Of a stretch of DNA of 64,000 nt, positions 17,741-28,446 are shown one piece after another. The notes beneath the pieces are model-generated. The model saw only the letters and a program-made list of their open reading frames with translations. It was not told the DNA's origin and searched no databases. The first letter of the stretch is position 1. Each line of letters opens with the position of its first letter. The position numbers and the translations under genes are program-made. The stretch comes from an uncultured bacterium. Lineage in GTDB: Bacteria > Poribacteria > WGA-4E > PCPOR2b. The stretch lies in NCBI GenBank assembly GCA_964577695.1, contig CAZOAL010000020.1, positions 72,121-136,120 of the forward strand. The letters run 5' to 3'.

Positions 17741-19973
17741 AAGTTTCCCGAAATGAGAGTATCATTTCTAAGGTTGAGAGCATCTCCAATACTTCAAAAT
17801 CTCCGGCTGCTGTCGCCAGTTTTCGCAACTGATTCGCCGTTCGCCGCACCAGCGTAAAGTCTTCCATCGTCATGGCAGTCGTGATCAGGCAGATCAGGAG
17901 GGGGAGCGATTGCGGAAACACTTTCAATCCACGGTTCAATATCTGTTGGGCGAGTTCGGGTCTATCGGCATCTAACAACTCACGGGCAATCTTTTCAAAC
18001 ACTTCCGGATTCCCCGGCTGGCTTGCAATCAGCTTATTCAAATAGTGATTTGCCTTGCGCATATCATACGGCATATACGCTGTTCCGATCGTCAGCAACA
18101 CATCGGGGTGTTCAGCCCCCAACCTCTCCGCTTCCTCAAAATAAACCGCCGCATGTTCAAAATATTCCGCATACATGTAGGCTTTGCCAACGTGTGCGTG
18201 CGCCAGGGCTTTATCTTCAGCTATCTCAATGCACTTGCCCAGAATCTCCTCCGCCTCTGTTAGCCTGTCCTGGTCAAGGAGTGCCTCACCCAACAGGGTA
18301 TAAAAAGGCAAATAGGCCGTGTCCGCCTGTATCAAACTTTGCAACAAACGCACCGCCTGGCGCTGCTGGTTTGTTTCACACAGTTCTTTGGCCTGATTGC
18401 AACCCAAGGAGCGTAACAACCCGCGGGCAGACTCGTTTTTCGGGTCAAGCTTGAGGAGGTCAAGCGTGCTCTGAAGGGCTTTGGAGTAATCTCCGACCTC
18501 AAGGTGGGCAGTCACTGTAATTTCCAGAACGCGAACGTTATCTGGGTGCCGCCGACGCAATTCCCTTAGCTGACAGAATGCCGCATCAAAATCTTCCTCT
18601 TCAAGGGTGAGGCTGACAAGTCTCAGGCGGATTTCTAGGTCGTCTGGGGTATATGTCAAAGCCTTCTGATAGGCATTTCGGGCCGCATATAGCTCTTCCA
18701 AATGCCCTGCCAGTTCACCGATACGTCGATACACAAGAGACAGTTTCTGTTTCATCTCCTCGCGATTCGGTGCAGTCGGCAGTTGACGCTCCCATACCGC
18801 CGCCAGTTGCCCCCAGGTTTCCATTGCCGCCTCATAATTTTCATTGCGATCACAGGCAATCGCATAATTCTGAAGCAGTGCGGTGTGCTGAACCCCTTGA
18901 TTGATTAAACGCCGCCAGAGACGCATCGCTTGACTGAAATTGCCCTCCGAGGCGTAACGATAGCCGTCCTGGAGTGCGACAGCCACCGCGTTATCCGCGG
19001 CGGCATCCTGTGGGGCTAGTTGCGCGATTTTATTCCAGAGGCGATTTGCCTTGTCCTGTTCACCGGCTTCAGCATACTTCACCGCCAGTCGCTTGTACAC
19101 ACCGAGTAAAATCGGTTCGCACACCGCTTTCAGATGTGGCGCATTCATCGCAGTTTCCAGGTGTTTGATCGCGCTTGGAAATTTGCCCTCTTGCGAATAG
19201 ATCAAGCCGAGATAGTAAGGAACGACCGACGCATATTGAGGGGCAGTATATTGATTGAATCGCTTTTTCGCTTCCGTGTAGTTACCTTGCATTGCATAGA
19301 CGTACCCCTCAAACAGGTTGTGAATCTCGCCCAAAGGGTGCTGCTTTAACGTTTCATGGGCTTCCGCATATTTCCCCTGCTGCACCAACTGGAGGATTTC
19401 TGCTTTAGGGTCGTGGACTTCCTGACCCGACTCAGTCAGCGCGAACTCCAAATGGCTCTGGAAGCGTGCATCCCCGGGGCGCAGCTTCAGTGCCTGACGA
19501 TAAGCGGTTATCGCCTTATCGTACTGCCCCTTACGATGATAAGCCAATCCAAGATGATAGTGATAAATCGCCACATCCGGAGCGCGTTGAATTGCCTGAT
19601 GCAGTTCCGAAATCAACTGCGTTATCTGACGTTCGCGGTCTAAAGAGAGGGCGTAGCGAAAGTGCGCTTCTGCTAATTTTCGGGCGAGATTCGTTTCGGG
19701 CACTTGCACTTTCATCGCCGCTCGCCACGCTTTTATCGCAGCCGCATAGTCCCCTCTCCGAAAATAAATCTCCCCCTTCTGATAATGGCCGCCGCTGACA
19801 TTGGCCGTTATGATTGGTGCCCGATGTTTCTTCTTCCTTTTCTTCACCACACGACCCTCCTTTACATAATGCGTAATGCGTAACGGACGCATCATGTTCT
19901 CAACTGAAACCTCACTGGATGCCTGTCGACAACCTCTTGCGCCCATTATAATCCTACCGGTAATTCTTGTCAA
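17694..19973 (-). CDS. TPR repeat protein
   Basis: 759 aa with many AxxYxxLG/A-Y-type 34-residue repeats. Confidence 0.75.
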   Translation of the reverse strand: MTRITGRIIMGARGCRQASSEVSVENMMRPLRITHYVKEGRVVKKRKKKHRAPIITANVSGGHYQKGEIYFRRGDYAAAIKAWRAAMKVQVPETNLARKLAEAHFRYALSLDRERQITQLISELHQAIQRAPDVAIYHYHLGLAYHRKGQYDKAITAYRQALKLRPGDARFQSHLEFALTESGQEVHDPKAEILQLVQQGKYAEAHETLKQHPLGEIHNLFEGYVYAMQGNYTEAKKRFNQYTAPQYASVVPYYLGLIYSQEGKFPSAIKHLETAMNAPHLKAVCEPILLGVYKRLAVKYAEAGEQDKANRLWNKIAQLAPQDAAADNAVAVALQDGYRYASEGNFSQAMRLWRRLINQGVQHTALLQNYAIACDRNENYEAAMETWGQLAAVWERQLPTAPNREEMKQKLSLVYRRIGELAGHLEELYAARNAYQKALTYTPDDLEIRLRLVSLTLEEEDFDAAFCQLRELRRRHPDNVRVLEITVTAHLEVGDYSKALQSTLDLLKLDPKNESARGLLRSLGCNQAKELCETNQQRQAVRLLQSLIQADTAYLPFYTLLGEALLDQDRLTEAEEILGKCIEIAEDKALAHAHVGKAYMYAEYFEHAAVYFEEAERLGAEHPDVLLTIGTAYMPYDMRKANHYLNKLIASQPGNPEVFEKIARELLDADRPELAQQILNRGLKVFPQSLPLLICLITTAMTMEDFTLVRRTANQLRKLATAAGDFEVLEMLSTLEMILSFRETFGGIFGEYEYDDEPF

Positions 19974-20136
19974 GATTATTTTAGCCCATTCAGTATAAAT
20001 TTACTAACGTTATTGCCCGCACCTGATAAGACGGGAGCGAGGCATCAAATGACGGGCATCCCTAAAATTTTTTCTCATGCACGCAATACGCATTACGTTT
20101 TACGCATTACGTATCACGTTTCACGCATCATTTCAT

Positions 20137-20166
20137 TTGACGGGTTTTCAAGCGGTAAGGTATAAT
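20137..20166 (+). promoter_or_regulatory. sigma70-like promoter (TTGACG-N18-TATAAT)
   Basis: Good -35/-10 match about 50 bp upstream of the 20219 start, followed by a GAAGGA RBS. Confidence 0.4.
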
Positions 20167-20218
20167 TCACCAATACTTACAAATGAAATCTCCCGGTGTT
20201 GGGAAAGAAGGAAATTGA

Positions 20219-22597
20219 ATGCGATTCACTTATCTTTGGCCATGGTGGGCTGTGATGTTAGGGCTCGCAATCATGGCCGGTGTTACGGTGTATGCTTACC
20301 TCCGTCTGAAACGTCCGCTGGATGGAAGAATCCGAGCGCTCTTAATGAGTTTACGAATTTTAGCGGCATCCGTGTTGCTACTCTGCTTGCTGGAGCCGGT
20401 GCTGGTTGAACGAAAAGACATCACCCCACCGATGAATCTGTTAATCCTTGCCGATACTTCTCAAAGCATGCAACTGGAAGATGTGGACTTAGGCGGTCAG
20501 CCTGTGACCCGTTTAAGTCTTGTCAATCGTCTTTTATTTGACCCATCTCGCCATTTTCTGAAAGACCTTGCGGTTCGGTTTGATATTCACCTCTATCGGT
20601 TTGATAAGCAACCGAAACAGCTTTCCAATCCGATTGAGCGCAACGCCCCCCCGTCCACGGGGGGGCAGGGAGGGGAACCGCGTAGCGGAACCACACCCCT
20701 CAAAGCCGAAGGCGGATTAACGGACATTGCCTCCTCCATCCGCGATGCGTCCAAAGAGTGGCGAGGGCAACCGATTGCCGGCATAGTGCTCATTACCGAC
20801 GGGGCACATAACGCCGCAACGTTCTCAATGAATAACCTCACTGAACTGCAAATCCCCATTTATACGGTCGGCGTCGGAAACCCCCACCCTCCAAAAGACC
20901 TCAAAATCTCAAAGGTTGAGGTGAGTCCGGTCGTTTATACGAAGCACGATGTACCCATCCGTGTCACAGTGAGTCATACAGGCTATGAAGGCAGTAAGGT
21001 TCGCCTTTCACTGATGCAGGTCAAGCGAAGCGAAGATTCCGCTTCGCGGAATGAGCGAAGCGAAATCCCGCATAGCGGGGGGGATAAGGTGGCCGATGCG
21101 GCGACGATCACCTTGACCGATCAGCCAAGCCAGATTATTGAATTCACGCTGAATCCCCAGGAGGAAGGAATTTTTCAATACCTCCTCTCCTTGCCAGTGC
21201 TTCCAGACGAGCTCACGCCTGAGAATAACGAGAAAGCATTCCTCCTGAAAGTTGTCAAGACAAAACTGCGTGTGCTTTACATTGATGGGCGTCCGCGTTG
21301 GGAATATACCTTTCTCAAGCGCACCCTGGAACGTGACCCGAATATTGATGCAACCTGCACCATCCTATCGAGTCGGACGCCCGCCCAACTTCGGGCAACG
21401 CTGCTGGAACGTTCAGGCCGCTATTATCCACAGACTACGGATGTGAATAAAGTGCCGCGCTTCCCTGATACACGCCAGGCGCTTCAGGGGTATGATGTGC
21501 TAATCATCGGCGACCTCCAGCCAAGCATGCTGACTCAAGAACAACAGGCGGCTGTCGTCGATTTCGTCGAAAAGGGGGGCAAGGCCATTATCTTTCTGGG
21601 AGGAGGGAACTCGCTGGGTATAGATGGCTTTGGGAAAACAGCACTGGCGAATCTGTTGCCGATTGTCATTCCACCCACCGGTTGTTTTTTTCGAGATGAG
21701 GATTTCAATCCTGGATTAACCCAACAGGGTGCCTACCATCCCATCACGCGGTTGAAAGAGGCGCAAGCCAGCAATGAGGCGCTGTGGAGAGATTTGCCGA
21801 CCCTATCGCACTGGTACGGTGGATTTCAACTCAGGGGTGGGTCAACAACACTTGCTGAATATCGTCAAAATAGGACGGATAGAACGGTGCCGATCATTAT
21901 TTTCCAGAGATCCGGCCTGGGTAAAAGCCTTCTGATTACCGCTGAGGGGCTGTGGAACTGGGCATTTGGAGTTTGGAATTCCAAAGTGGAAGACAATACC
22001 TACGCTCGATTTTGGGGACAGACCATCCGCTGGATGGCAACGCAAGCGGATGCCAAACAGATCAACGTCACAACGGATGAGACGACCTATTCGGTGGGTG
22101 ATGAGGTCCAAATCACCGTGTATGCCTACAATGAGAGCTATCAGCCAGTGGACAACGCAGAACTCAAAATTGATGTGACCCCACCGGACGGGAAGCTATT
22201 TCAAGTTCGACCGGGCAAAAGCTCGCAACTCTCCGGTGTATATACAGCGCAATTTCTCGCGAATCAGAAAGGGAGCTACCAGATTCGCGTTTCGGGCAAT
22301 TCCGGTTCATCTCCACTCGGTGAGGATTCAGCGCAAATTTTTGTCCAAGCCCCGCTTGCGGAGTTTGAAAATCCGCAACTCAACGAAGCGCTGTTAAAGG
22401 AGTTAGCGGCAAAAACCGGCGGGGTCTATACGCCGATTGCCCAGGCGGAATCGTTACCTGATAAGATTAAAGAGGTTAGAGAGCGCGTCTTTGCGGTTCA
22501 AGAGCAAGACCTGTGGGATAATCCGATTGTCTTGATCCTTGCTGTTGGGTTCCTGGGGGCAGAATGGTTTCTGCGCAAGCGGAGGGGGTTGGTGTAA
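20219..22597 (+). CDS. von Willebrand factor A domain membrane protein (BatA-like N-terminus, C-terminal TM anchor)
   Basis: N-terminal TM plus LILADTSQSM (MIDAS-like DxSxS). C-terminal hydrophobic segment followed by RKRRG. Confidence 0.55.
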   Translation: MRFTYLWPWWAVMLGLAIMAGVTVYAYLRLKRPLDGRIRALLMSLRILAASVLLLCLLEPVLVERKDITPPMNLLILADTSQSMQLEDVDLGGQPVTRLSLVNRLLFDPSRHFLKDLAVRFDIHLYRFDKQPKQLSNPIERNAPPSTGGQGGEPRSGTTPLKAEGGLTDIASSIRDASKEWRGQPIAGIVLITDGAHNAATFSMNNLTELQIPIYTVGVGNPHPPKDLKISKVEVSPVVYTKHDVPIRVTVSHTGYEGSKVRLSLMQVKRSEDSASRNERSEIPHSGGDKVADAATITLTDQPSQIIEFTLNPQEEGIFQYLLSLPVLPDELTPENNEKAFLLKVVKTKLRVLYIDGRPRWEYTFLKRTLERDPNIDATCTILSSRTPAQLRATLLERSGRYYPQTTDVNKVPRFPDTRQALQGYDVLIIGDLQPSMLTQEQQAAVVDFVEKGGKAIIFLGGGNSLGIDGFGKTALANLLPIVIPPTGCFFRDEDFNPGLTQQGAYHPITRLKEAQASNEALWRDLPTLSHWYGGFQLRGGSTTLAEYRQNRTDRTVPIIIFQRSGLGKSLLITAEGLWNWAFGVWNSKVEDNTYARFWGQTIRWMATQADAKQINVTTDETTYSVGDEVQITVYAYNESYQPVDNAELKIDVTPPDGKLFQVRPGKSSQLSGVYTAQFLANQKGSYQIRVSGNSGSSPLGEDSAQIFVQAPLAEFENPQLNEALLKELAAKTGGVYTPIAQAESLPDKIKEVRERVFAVQEQDLWDNPIVLILAVGFLGAEWFLRKRRGLV

Positions 22598-22704
22598 TCG
22601 TCCTGAAGCAGTCAGCGAATCCGTATCCTATGAAAGTTTTGATGAGAAGGTGCGTGTCACTTTGACTGGGTTCCGGTATTAAAGAAATACGGGAGAGACA
22701 TAAG

Positions 22705-25038
22705 ATGAGTGAAGCCCAAAAGAGCAACTACAGTCTCTACCTTGATGAACTGACTGAACTTGCCAAACAGGAGATAGAGGACCGCTTAAAAACAAAGCTC
22801 CGAGCGCGTATTTACGAAAAAGACGGTCCGTCCCTGTTAAGGGATGAGTACGATGAGACCGATGTACTGTTCCTGGTTTACGCTGAACGACGTAAGGCAG
22901 GAGATGAGAGATCTATTCGTCACCTCAGAAAAGTGGCAGTTGAACTGTTTATGGAGGCAATGAATGAAACGCATCCAGATTTGACAGTCATCAACCACCT
23001 GGGACATCTGGTTGCACTCTATGAATTCAGAAAAGATAAGTTGCTGGCTGACCATCTTTCTAACGAACTGTTTGGATTTTTGAGTAGTCGATTGCCTCTA
23101 CCACTGGAAGATATCGCTGATTTGGATGGAAGGCAATTAGCATTGGCGGTCAATGCGTTGGATATGTGGATTGCAACCAACTCTTTTTCGGATAAACCGC
23201 ACTTACCTGAGCACACCTTGGAAAGAATAAAAAACCTCTTTCTGCAAACGGTAGAAATCGTTGGAAATAGTGTAAATCCCAGCGAAGAAAAATTTCGTCT
23301 TCTCCTCATCACCTTTCAAGCCATCATCCTGATTCAACCGCGTTGGACGGGTCGAGAAGGACTGCTCAAAATGATCGATGCCATATACAAATTGAGCCGT
23401 GATTTCAAAATTTCCAAAAGACGATGGTTCGGGGTATGTCGCGAGTATGCCGCGCTTTTTCGGCAGATTCCTGAATGGAGGACAACGTTTTGGAAAGGTG
23501 TGCGTGAACTGATACAGAGTGGACAGTTGACAAGAATTGGGGATTTACTCCCTTTGTTGGAAGATAGTTTAGGGCGCTTGGGATTTCAAGAAGAAATAAA
23601 AGAGGTCAGCAAACTGGGGCATTTTGAGGTAGTAGAAGAACCCCATCGAAATGCCATTGAACTGAATCCAAAGGGTGCTAACCATTACTTTGATTGGGGC
23701 AAGCTAATATATCCCTTTTGGGGAATTGTTGAGGCTGTGTTATTGAATCCCAAGGGTACTCATCCTGACTTTGATTTGGACAGGGTAATGGATTATTTTT
23801 GGGGGATTGTTGACGAAATGTTGAGGCCTAATAGGGCCTCTTTGGCCATATATGATAGTTCATCAGGCGAATATCGAATTAAGGCCCATCGAGGACTTAT
23901 ACCCAAAATTGCTTCTAGCATTAAACTTATACCAGAAGATGCCTTGCCAAATTGGATGATCATAGAGGGTAGATTTATCACCCAATCTGAAGCCGAATTG
24001 AAGGTTTCCAGCCCCCGCTTCCGACAGATCAATTCTGAACTTGAAATGTTACAAGCGGTTGCGAGCATCCCTCTGCTAGTCGGTGGAAATCTGGTAGGAA
24101 TTTTAAGTATAGGTAAGCGTATTACAGGCGTTTCTTACACCAATCCAGAACTGGAAACCCTCTTCAGACTTGCCCACTATGTGGGGTTTTTGATTCAAGG
24201 TATGAGATGGTATTACCAGATTCAAGATCAGAAGACATACATCGTATTTGAAGATCTTTCTCAGCAAAAGCAGTTGGAGCAAGAGCGAAGACGTTCGACA
24301 GAGCTGGAGCTATTCAATGGGATTATGGCAACAATGGCACATGAGATTAAAAACCCTTTAGGATCATTTCGGACCTTTGTGGAGCTTTTGCCTTCACAAT
24401 TTGAGGATACGGAATTTCGGAATCATTTCGCCCCAATTATCCTAAACGATGTCAAACGACTTGAAGAACTGGTTGAAAAAATGGTCTCTTTCGCGAGTCC
24501 CGAACCGCCCCGGTTTGAGGCGGGCAATCTTGAGGCACTTTTGAACGAATGTATGGACCTGTTAAAAGATGAGAACCCAGATAAAAGCGTGGAGGTCTCC
24601 ATAAAGTGCCAGGCTCAAATTCCGTCCATGAGATATGACAAAGTGAGAATGACAAAGGGATTTCTGTATCTCATGAGATTTCTCGTCCGGGAGGCTGACT
24701 CGCCCGCTAAAGTGTCCATCTACCTTAACTTTCTAGGTTCGGATGGGAAAGAAAAAGGGGAGGCTGAAAGGAGTATATCATACATAGAAATTGAAATGAG
24801 AGGCGATAGCAAGCGTGTCCCACCTGAATCTTTAACTCATCTTTTCAGCCCATTTTCAGAATCACACACGAGCACAGCAGATCTCGGATTGTGGGTCAGT
24901 CAAAAAATCATCGAAGATCACGGGGGGCGTCTGGAAGCAAAACCATTGGCTGAAGGCAAACTCGCTTTTCAAATATACATTCCTGCTTCTCGTCGACAGA
25001 AGGTAGGTCAGGCTGTGCCTGACGAACAGCGTGCATAG
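22705..25038 (+). CDS. sensor histidine kinase with GAF-like domain
   Basis: H-box MATMAHEIKNPLGSF. C-terminal HATPase-like region (GLGLWVSQKIIEDHGG). Confidence 0.8.
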   Translation: MSEAQKSNYSLYLDELTELAKQEIEDRLKTKLRARIYEKDGPSLLRDEYDETDVLFLVYAERRKAGDERSIRHLRKVAVELFMEAMNETHPDLTVINHLGHLVALYEFRKDKLLADHLSNELFGFLSSRLPLPLEDIADLDGRQLALAVNALDMWIATNSFSDKPHLPEHTLERIKNLFLQTVEIVGNSVNPSEEKFRLLLITFQAIILIQPRWTGREGLLKMIDAIYKLSRDFKISKRRWFGVCREYAALFRQIPEWRTTFWKGVRELIQSGQLTRIGDLLPLLEDSLGRLGFQEEIKEVSKLGHFEVVEEPHRNAIELNPKGANHYFDWGKLIYPFWGIVEAVLLNPKGTHPDFDLDRVMDYFWGIVDEMLRPNRASLAIYDSSSGEYRIKAHRGLIPKIASSIKLIPEDALPNWMIIEGRFITQSEAELKVSSPRFRQINSELEMLQAVASIPLLVGGNLVGILSIGKRITGVSYTNPELETLFRLAHYVGFLIQGMRWYYQIQDQKTYIVFEDLSQQKQLEQERRRSTELELFNGIMATMAHEIKNPLGSFRTFVELLPSQFEDTEFRNHFAPIILNDVKRLEELVEKMVSFASPEPPRFEAGNLEALLNECMDLLKDENPDKSVEVSIKCQAQIPSMRYDKVRMTKGFLYLMRFLVREADSPAKVSIYLNFLGSDGKEKGEAERSISYIEIEMRGDSKRVPPESLTHLFSPFSESHTSTADLGLWVSQKIIEDHGGRLEAKPLAEGKLAFQIYIPASRRQKVGQAVPDEQRA

Positions 25039-25061
25039 CAGTCAGGCACAGCCTGACCTAC
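25003..25061. repeat. 21-bp perfect inverted repeat (GTAGGTCAGGCTGTGCCTGAC-N17-GTCAGGCACAGCCTGACCTAC) enclosing the HK stop codon
   Basis: Perfect palindrome. Terminator-like but without a U-tract. Confidence 0.5.
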
Positions 25062-25071
25062 GACTGAGCAT

Positions 25072-25308
25072 TTGGGCCCGGATGGGACACCGTCGCTCGA
25101 TGAGAATCGTCAGATTCGACTTGATGATCGAGAGATCCGGACCAACGTGATGGTGGAAGTCACGAATCGGTGGGACAAGATTGATACCGATAACTTCCGC
25201 GAGCTCTCCGATTACGAAGGGTACAAGCGCGAGTTTCGCAATTTGTTCGGGTTTGAAGTCGATGGCGTTGATTATGAAGAAGCGGTGGAAACATCGCTCA
25301 TCCTTTGA
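25072..25308 (+). pseudogene. possible C-terminal gene remnant (enoyl-reductase-like DYEGYKREFRNLFGFEVDGVDYE tail)
   Basis: 78-aa ORF right after the long IR. Resembles only the C-terminal end of a larger enzyme. Confidence 0.25.
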
Positions 25309-25617
25309 ACCTTTGACTCATACAAGGTCACCCGGAGGAACCGAGTTTCTCAGAGGGTGTGTGAAAGGGAGTTCTTTGCGAACCTTCGGAAGGTTACAGA
25401 GCAGATTGGCAACGATTGTGGACATAAAACGGTGTTATTGGTCTCCGTCTCTGCCTTCACAAACCTTCCGAAGGGTTCGTTGGACTTCTCACACACGCTC
25501 TTAGATGGTGCTATAGGATTCTGGACCCAAAAAGGGGGATAAACGCCCCCCTCTTTCCTTCCAATCTTCCACCCTTCCATCCCAAAACCTAAGCCCTAAC
25601 CCACAACACCTGATACC

Positions 25618-26253
25618 CTACCATCCCACCTGTTTGAGAAACTCCAACGCCAGCAGCGTATGTCCCTCTGGGTTGGGGTGAACGCCATCCCGCGTCGTCC
25701 ACAACGCACCGGGCCTTGCAGCAACGGCGCGATCAAACGCCTCATTTACCTGAATCAATCGGGCGTTAAATTCGTCGGCGAGCCGGTGAATGATTTCGTT
25801 GTAGGCATCAACGGCGAGTGGACGTGGTGCCTCAACATCTTCTTCAATATAAAAGATCTCAAACATGAAAAGCCCCGGGTTCAACTCATCCCGCGCGCGG
25901 GTGAGGATACGTCGATAGCACACCTCCCACTCTGGCAGATATTCTGCGTTCGGAATGCCAGCCCCGAGCTGTCGGGCGGAGTTGTTGATGCCAATCTTCA
26001 CCGAAAGCCAGTCCGGTTTTTCAGCAATCACGTCCTCGTCCCACCGCTTTTCCAGCCCCTCGACGACATCCCCCCCGATGCCTTTGTTGACATATTCAAT
26101 TTGACGTTCGGGGTATTTTGCCGCGATGAGTTCGGTCACTTTTCTGACATAGCCATTTCCAAATGGTGCCTGGTCTCCACGGCGACCACAGTCCGTAATA
26201 CTGTCGCCAATGAAAAGCACTTTTTCACCCGATTGAAATAATAGATTGCTCAT
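25618..26253 (-). CDS. SGNH/GDSL hydrolase family protein
   Basis: VLFIGDSITDCG block I. DGVHPN block V. Confidence 0.8.
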   Translation of the reverse strand: MSNLLFQSGEKVLFIGDSITDCGRRGDQAPFGNGYVRKVTELIAAKYPERQIEYVNKGIGGDVVEGLEKRWDEDVIAEKPDWLSVKIGINNSARQLGAGIPNAEYLPEWEVCYRRILTRARDELNPGLFMFEIFYIEEDVEAPRPLAVDAYNEIIHRLADEFNARLIQVNEAFDRAVAARPGALWTTRDGVHPNPEGHTLLALEFLKQVGW

Positions 26254-26336
26254 AGATTCTCCTTTTCACTTTCTAATTTCCCTATTTACTTCCTTCTTGA
26301 TGGGAGATACAATTGTAGAGTATTCAGCGATCTCTG

Positions 26337-26450
26337 TCAAGATTAAAGATCAGAAATACAAGACGCAGGATACAGGATTCAAGATTCAGGATTCACTTGT
26401 ATCCTAAATCTTGAATCTTGCATCTTGTCTCCTGTTGAATCCTGAATGAT
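26337..26450. repeat. tandem/inverted heptanucleotide repeats (AGGATTC / GAATCTTG / CAAGATG units) in a divergent promoter region
   Basis: caggattcaagattcaggattca...tgaatcttgaatcttgcatcttg...tgaatcctgaatg. Confidence 0.6.
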
Positions 26451-26529
26451 AAAAAAAATTCGACCCCTGTCACATTTTCGCTCTCCCATTCGTCTTACTC
26501 TATGAACCCACGATGATAGGAGTAAAACC

Positions 26530-28371
26530 GTGCGCACGGAAGATGGCTATATCATCAATCAATGCCTCAATGGAAGTCCGGAGGCGTTTGGCTTGCTCGT
26601 GGACAAATACAAGGAAAGCGTCTACGCGCTGGCGTACAGCAAACTCCGAAACTTCCATGACGCTGAAGACATAACTCAAGAGGCCTTCATCAAGGCGTTT
26701 CAGAAGCTCCGCACCCTGAAACGGGGGGATAGCTTTCTGGCATGGATTTTTTCGATCACTGCCAACCTGTGCAAGGACCTTCTGCGATCGAGCTCTGTCC
26801 GTCCAGACGGTGAATACGCCGAAGACCAGGAGGAGGATATTCTGGAACGCCCTTCGATGGACGCCTATCACGAAGAACAGCGGTATGCGTTACTGCATGA
26901 CGCATTGGCGGAGTTGCCGGAGATGTATCGGCAAGTCCTGACGCTCTACTACCTTGCTGACATGAGCACAAAGGAAATTGCCCGATTTCTGGGAACGCCG
27001 CACGATACCGTCAGGCAGCGACTCAGCCGTGCGAGAACACAACTCAAAGAGGAGATGCTGACGATGATGACAGCAACGTTTGAAACACACCGATTGCAGC
27101 CCGGTTTTACGTTCCATATTGTCGAAATGATTAAGCATACGAAGATCGAGCCCGTCCCCCGCGCAACCCCGCTCTCGTTGGGGCTTTCGGTCACGGCGGG
27201 ACTGATTGCCGTTCTGCTGAGTTTCACCTTTCCTTACAGCCCCCTTTATCCGATTGGCGAGCTGATTGGTTCGGCCCTGCCCAGCAAAACGCAGGTCGCG
27301 GAGAAGGGCGTGATTCCCGTGGAAAAGGTCGATATAACGAAAATCACCATCCTTACCAGCGAAAGTGGGAAAAAGAATTTCGGACAAAAGCACAAACCGA
27401 AGATCCAGATGAACGCTCCGATGATTCAAGAGGGTCGATGGACCCGGAAGAAGGCGGAGATGCCAACCCCAAGGGTAGGATTCGGGTTTGGTGAGGTGAA
27501 TGGTAAGATTTATACCATTGGGGGAAGGATAATAATTGGCTTCAGGGGAGAGGTTGCAATCGTGGAAATGTACGACCCAGAAAGAGATAGATGGACAAAG
27601 CGGGCGGACATGCCAACGCCACTCTCACTTTTTGCCACTGCTGTGGTGAATGGAAAGATTTATGTGATGGGAGGGACACCAGACGGAGGTATAAACAATC
27701 TTTCGAGCGTGTATATGTACGATCCAACGACAGACGTATGGACCAAGAAAGCGGATATGCCAACAGCAAGAAGTCATTTCTCCGCAAGGGAGATAGATGG
27801 AAAGATTTATGCCATCGGCGGGTGGAATAGAGGGCCGGTTTTATCAACTGTGGAAATGTACAACCCTGTGACAAACACCTGGACAAAGCGAGCGGACATG
27901 CCCACCGCAAGGTATCTTTTCTCCACCTGTGTAGTGGATGGAAAGATTTACGTCATTGGAGGAGGAGAAAATGTGGGAACTCTCGCAACAGCAGAGGAAT
28001 ATGACCCTGTCACCGACATCTGGACGAAAAAGGCGGACATGCCAACCCCAAGATGGGGTTTATCCACCAGCGTAGTGAATAAGAAGATCTATGCGATGGG
28101 AGGGGAGACAATTCCTAATAGCGGTATTATGCTTTCAACCGTGGAAGTATATGACCCCGCGACGGACATCTGGACTCAAGAAGCGGACATGCCAGTTCCA
28201 AAAGCGTTTTGGGGGCTGTCTTTCCCTGTAATAGAGGGGAAGATTTATGTGATTGGCGGGGCTGGAAAGGAGATATTTTCGACCGTAGACGTCTTTGACC
28301 CCGGATTGCCCCACAGCGTTAATGCGGAGGGGAAACTCGCCACGCTGTGGGGGAAACTCAAAGCCAGGTAG
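26530..28371 (+). CDS. ECF sigma-70 family factor fused to a transmembrane helix and extracytoplasmic Kelch-repeat beta-propeller
   Basis: Regions 2 and 4 of ECF sigma in residues 1-190. TM helix (LGLSVTAGLIAVLLSF). At least 6 Kelch-like repeats (GKIYVIGG...WTKKADMPT.R). Confidence 0.7.
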   Translation: MRTEDGYIINQCLNGSPEAFGLLVDKYKESVYALAYSKLRNFHDAEDITQEAFIKAFQKLRTLKRGDSFLAWIFSITANLCKDLLRSSSVRPDGEYAEDQEEDILERPSMDAYHEEQRYALLHDALAELPEMYRQVLTLYYLADMSTKEIARFLGTPHDTVRQRLSRARTQLKEEMLTMMTATFETHRLQPGFTFHIVEMIKHTKIEPVPRATPLSLGLSVTAGLIAVLLSFTFPYSPLYPIGELIGSALPSKTQVAEKGVIPVEKVDITKITILTSESGKKNFGQKHKPKIQMNAPMIQEGRWTRKKAEMPTPRVGFGFGEVNGKIYTIGGRIIIGFRGEVAIVEMYDPERDRWTKRADMPTPLSLFATAVVNGKIYVMGGTPDGGINNLSSVYMYDPTTDVWTKKADMPTARSHFSAREIDGKIYAIGGWNRGPVLSTVEMYNPVTNTWTKRADMPTARYLFSTCVVDGKIYVIGGGENVGTLATAEEYDPVTDIWTKKADMPTPRWGLSTSVVNKKIYAMGGETIPNSGIMLSTVEVYDPATDIWTQEADMPVPKAFWGLSFPVIEGKIYVIGGAGKEIFSTVDVFDPGLPHSVNAEGKLATLWGKLKAR

Positions 28372-28398
28372 CACCCTATCGAAACTTTAGAAACGAAA

Positions 28399-28446
28399 GC
28401 CCTCGATCAACAGGGGATTCAGCGGTTGATCGGGGGCTTTTTTTGC
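28399..28446 (+). terminator. rho-independent terminator
   Basis: AGCCCTCGATCAAC...GTTGATCGGGGGCT stem followed by TTTTTTTGCTTT. Confidence 0.7.
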
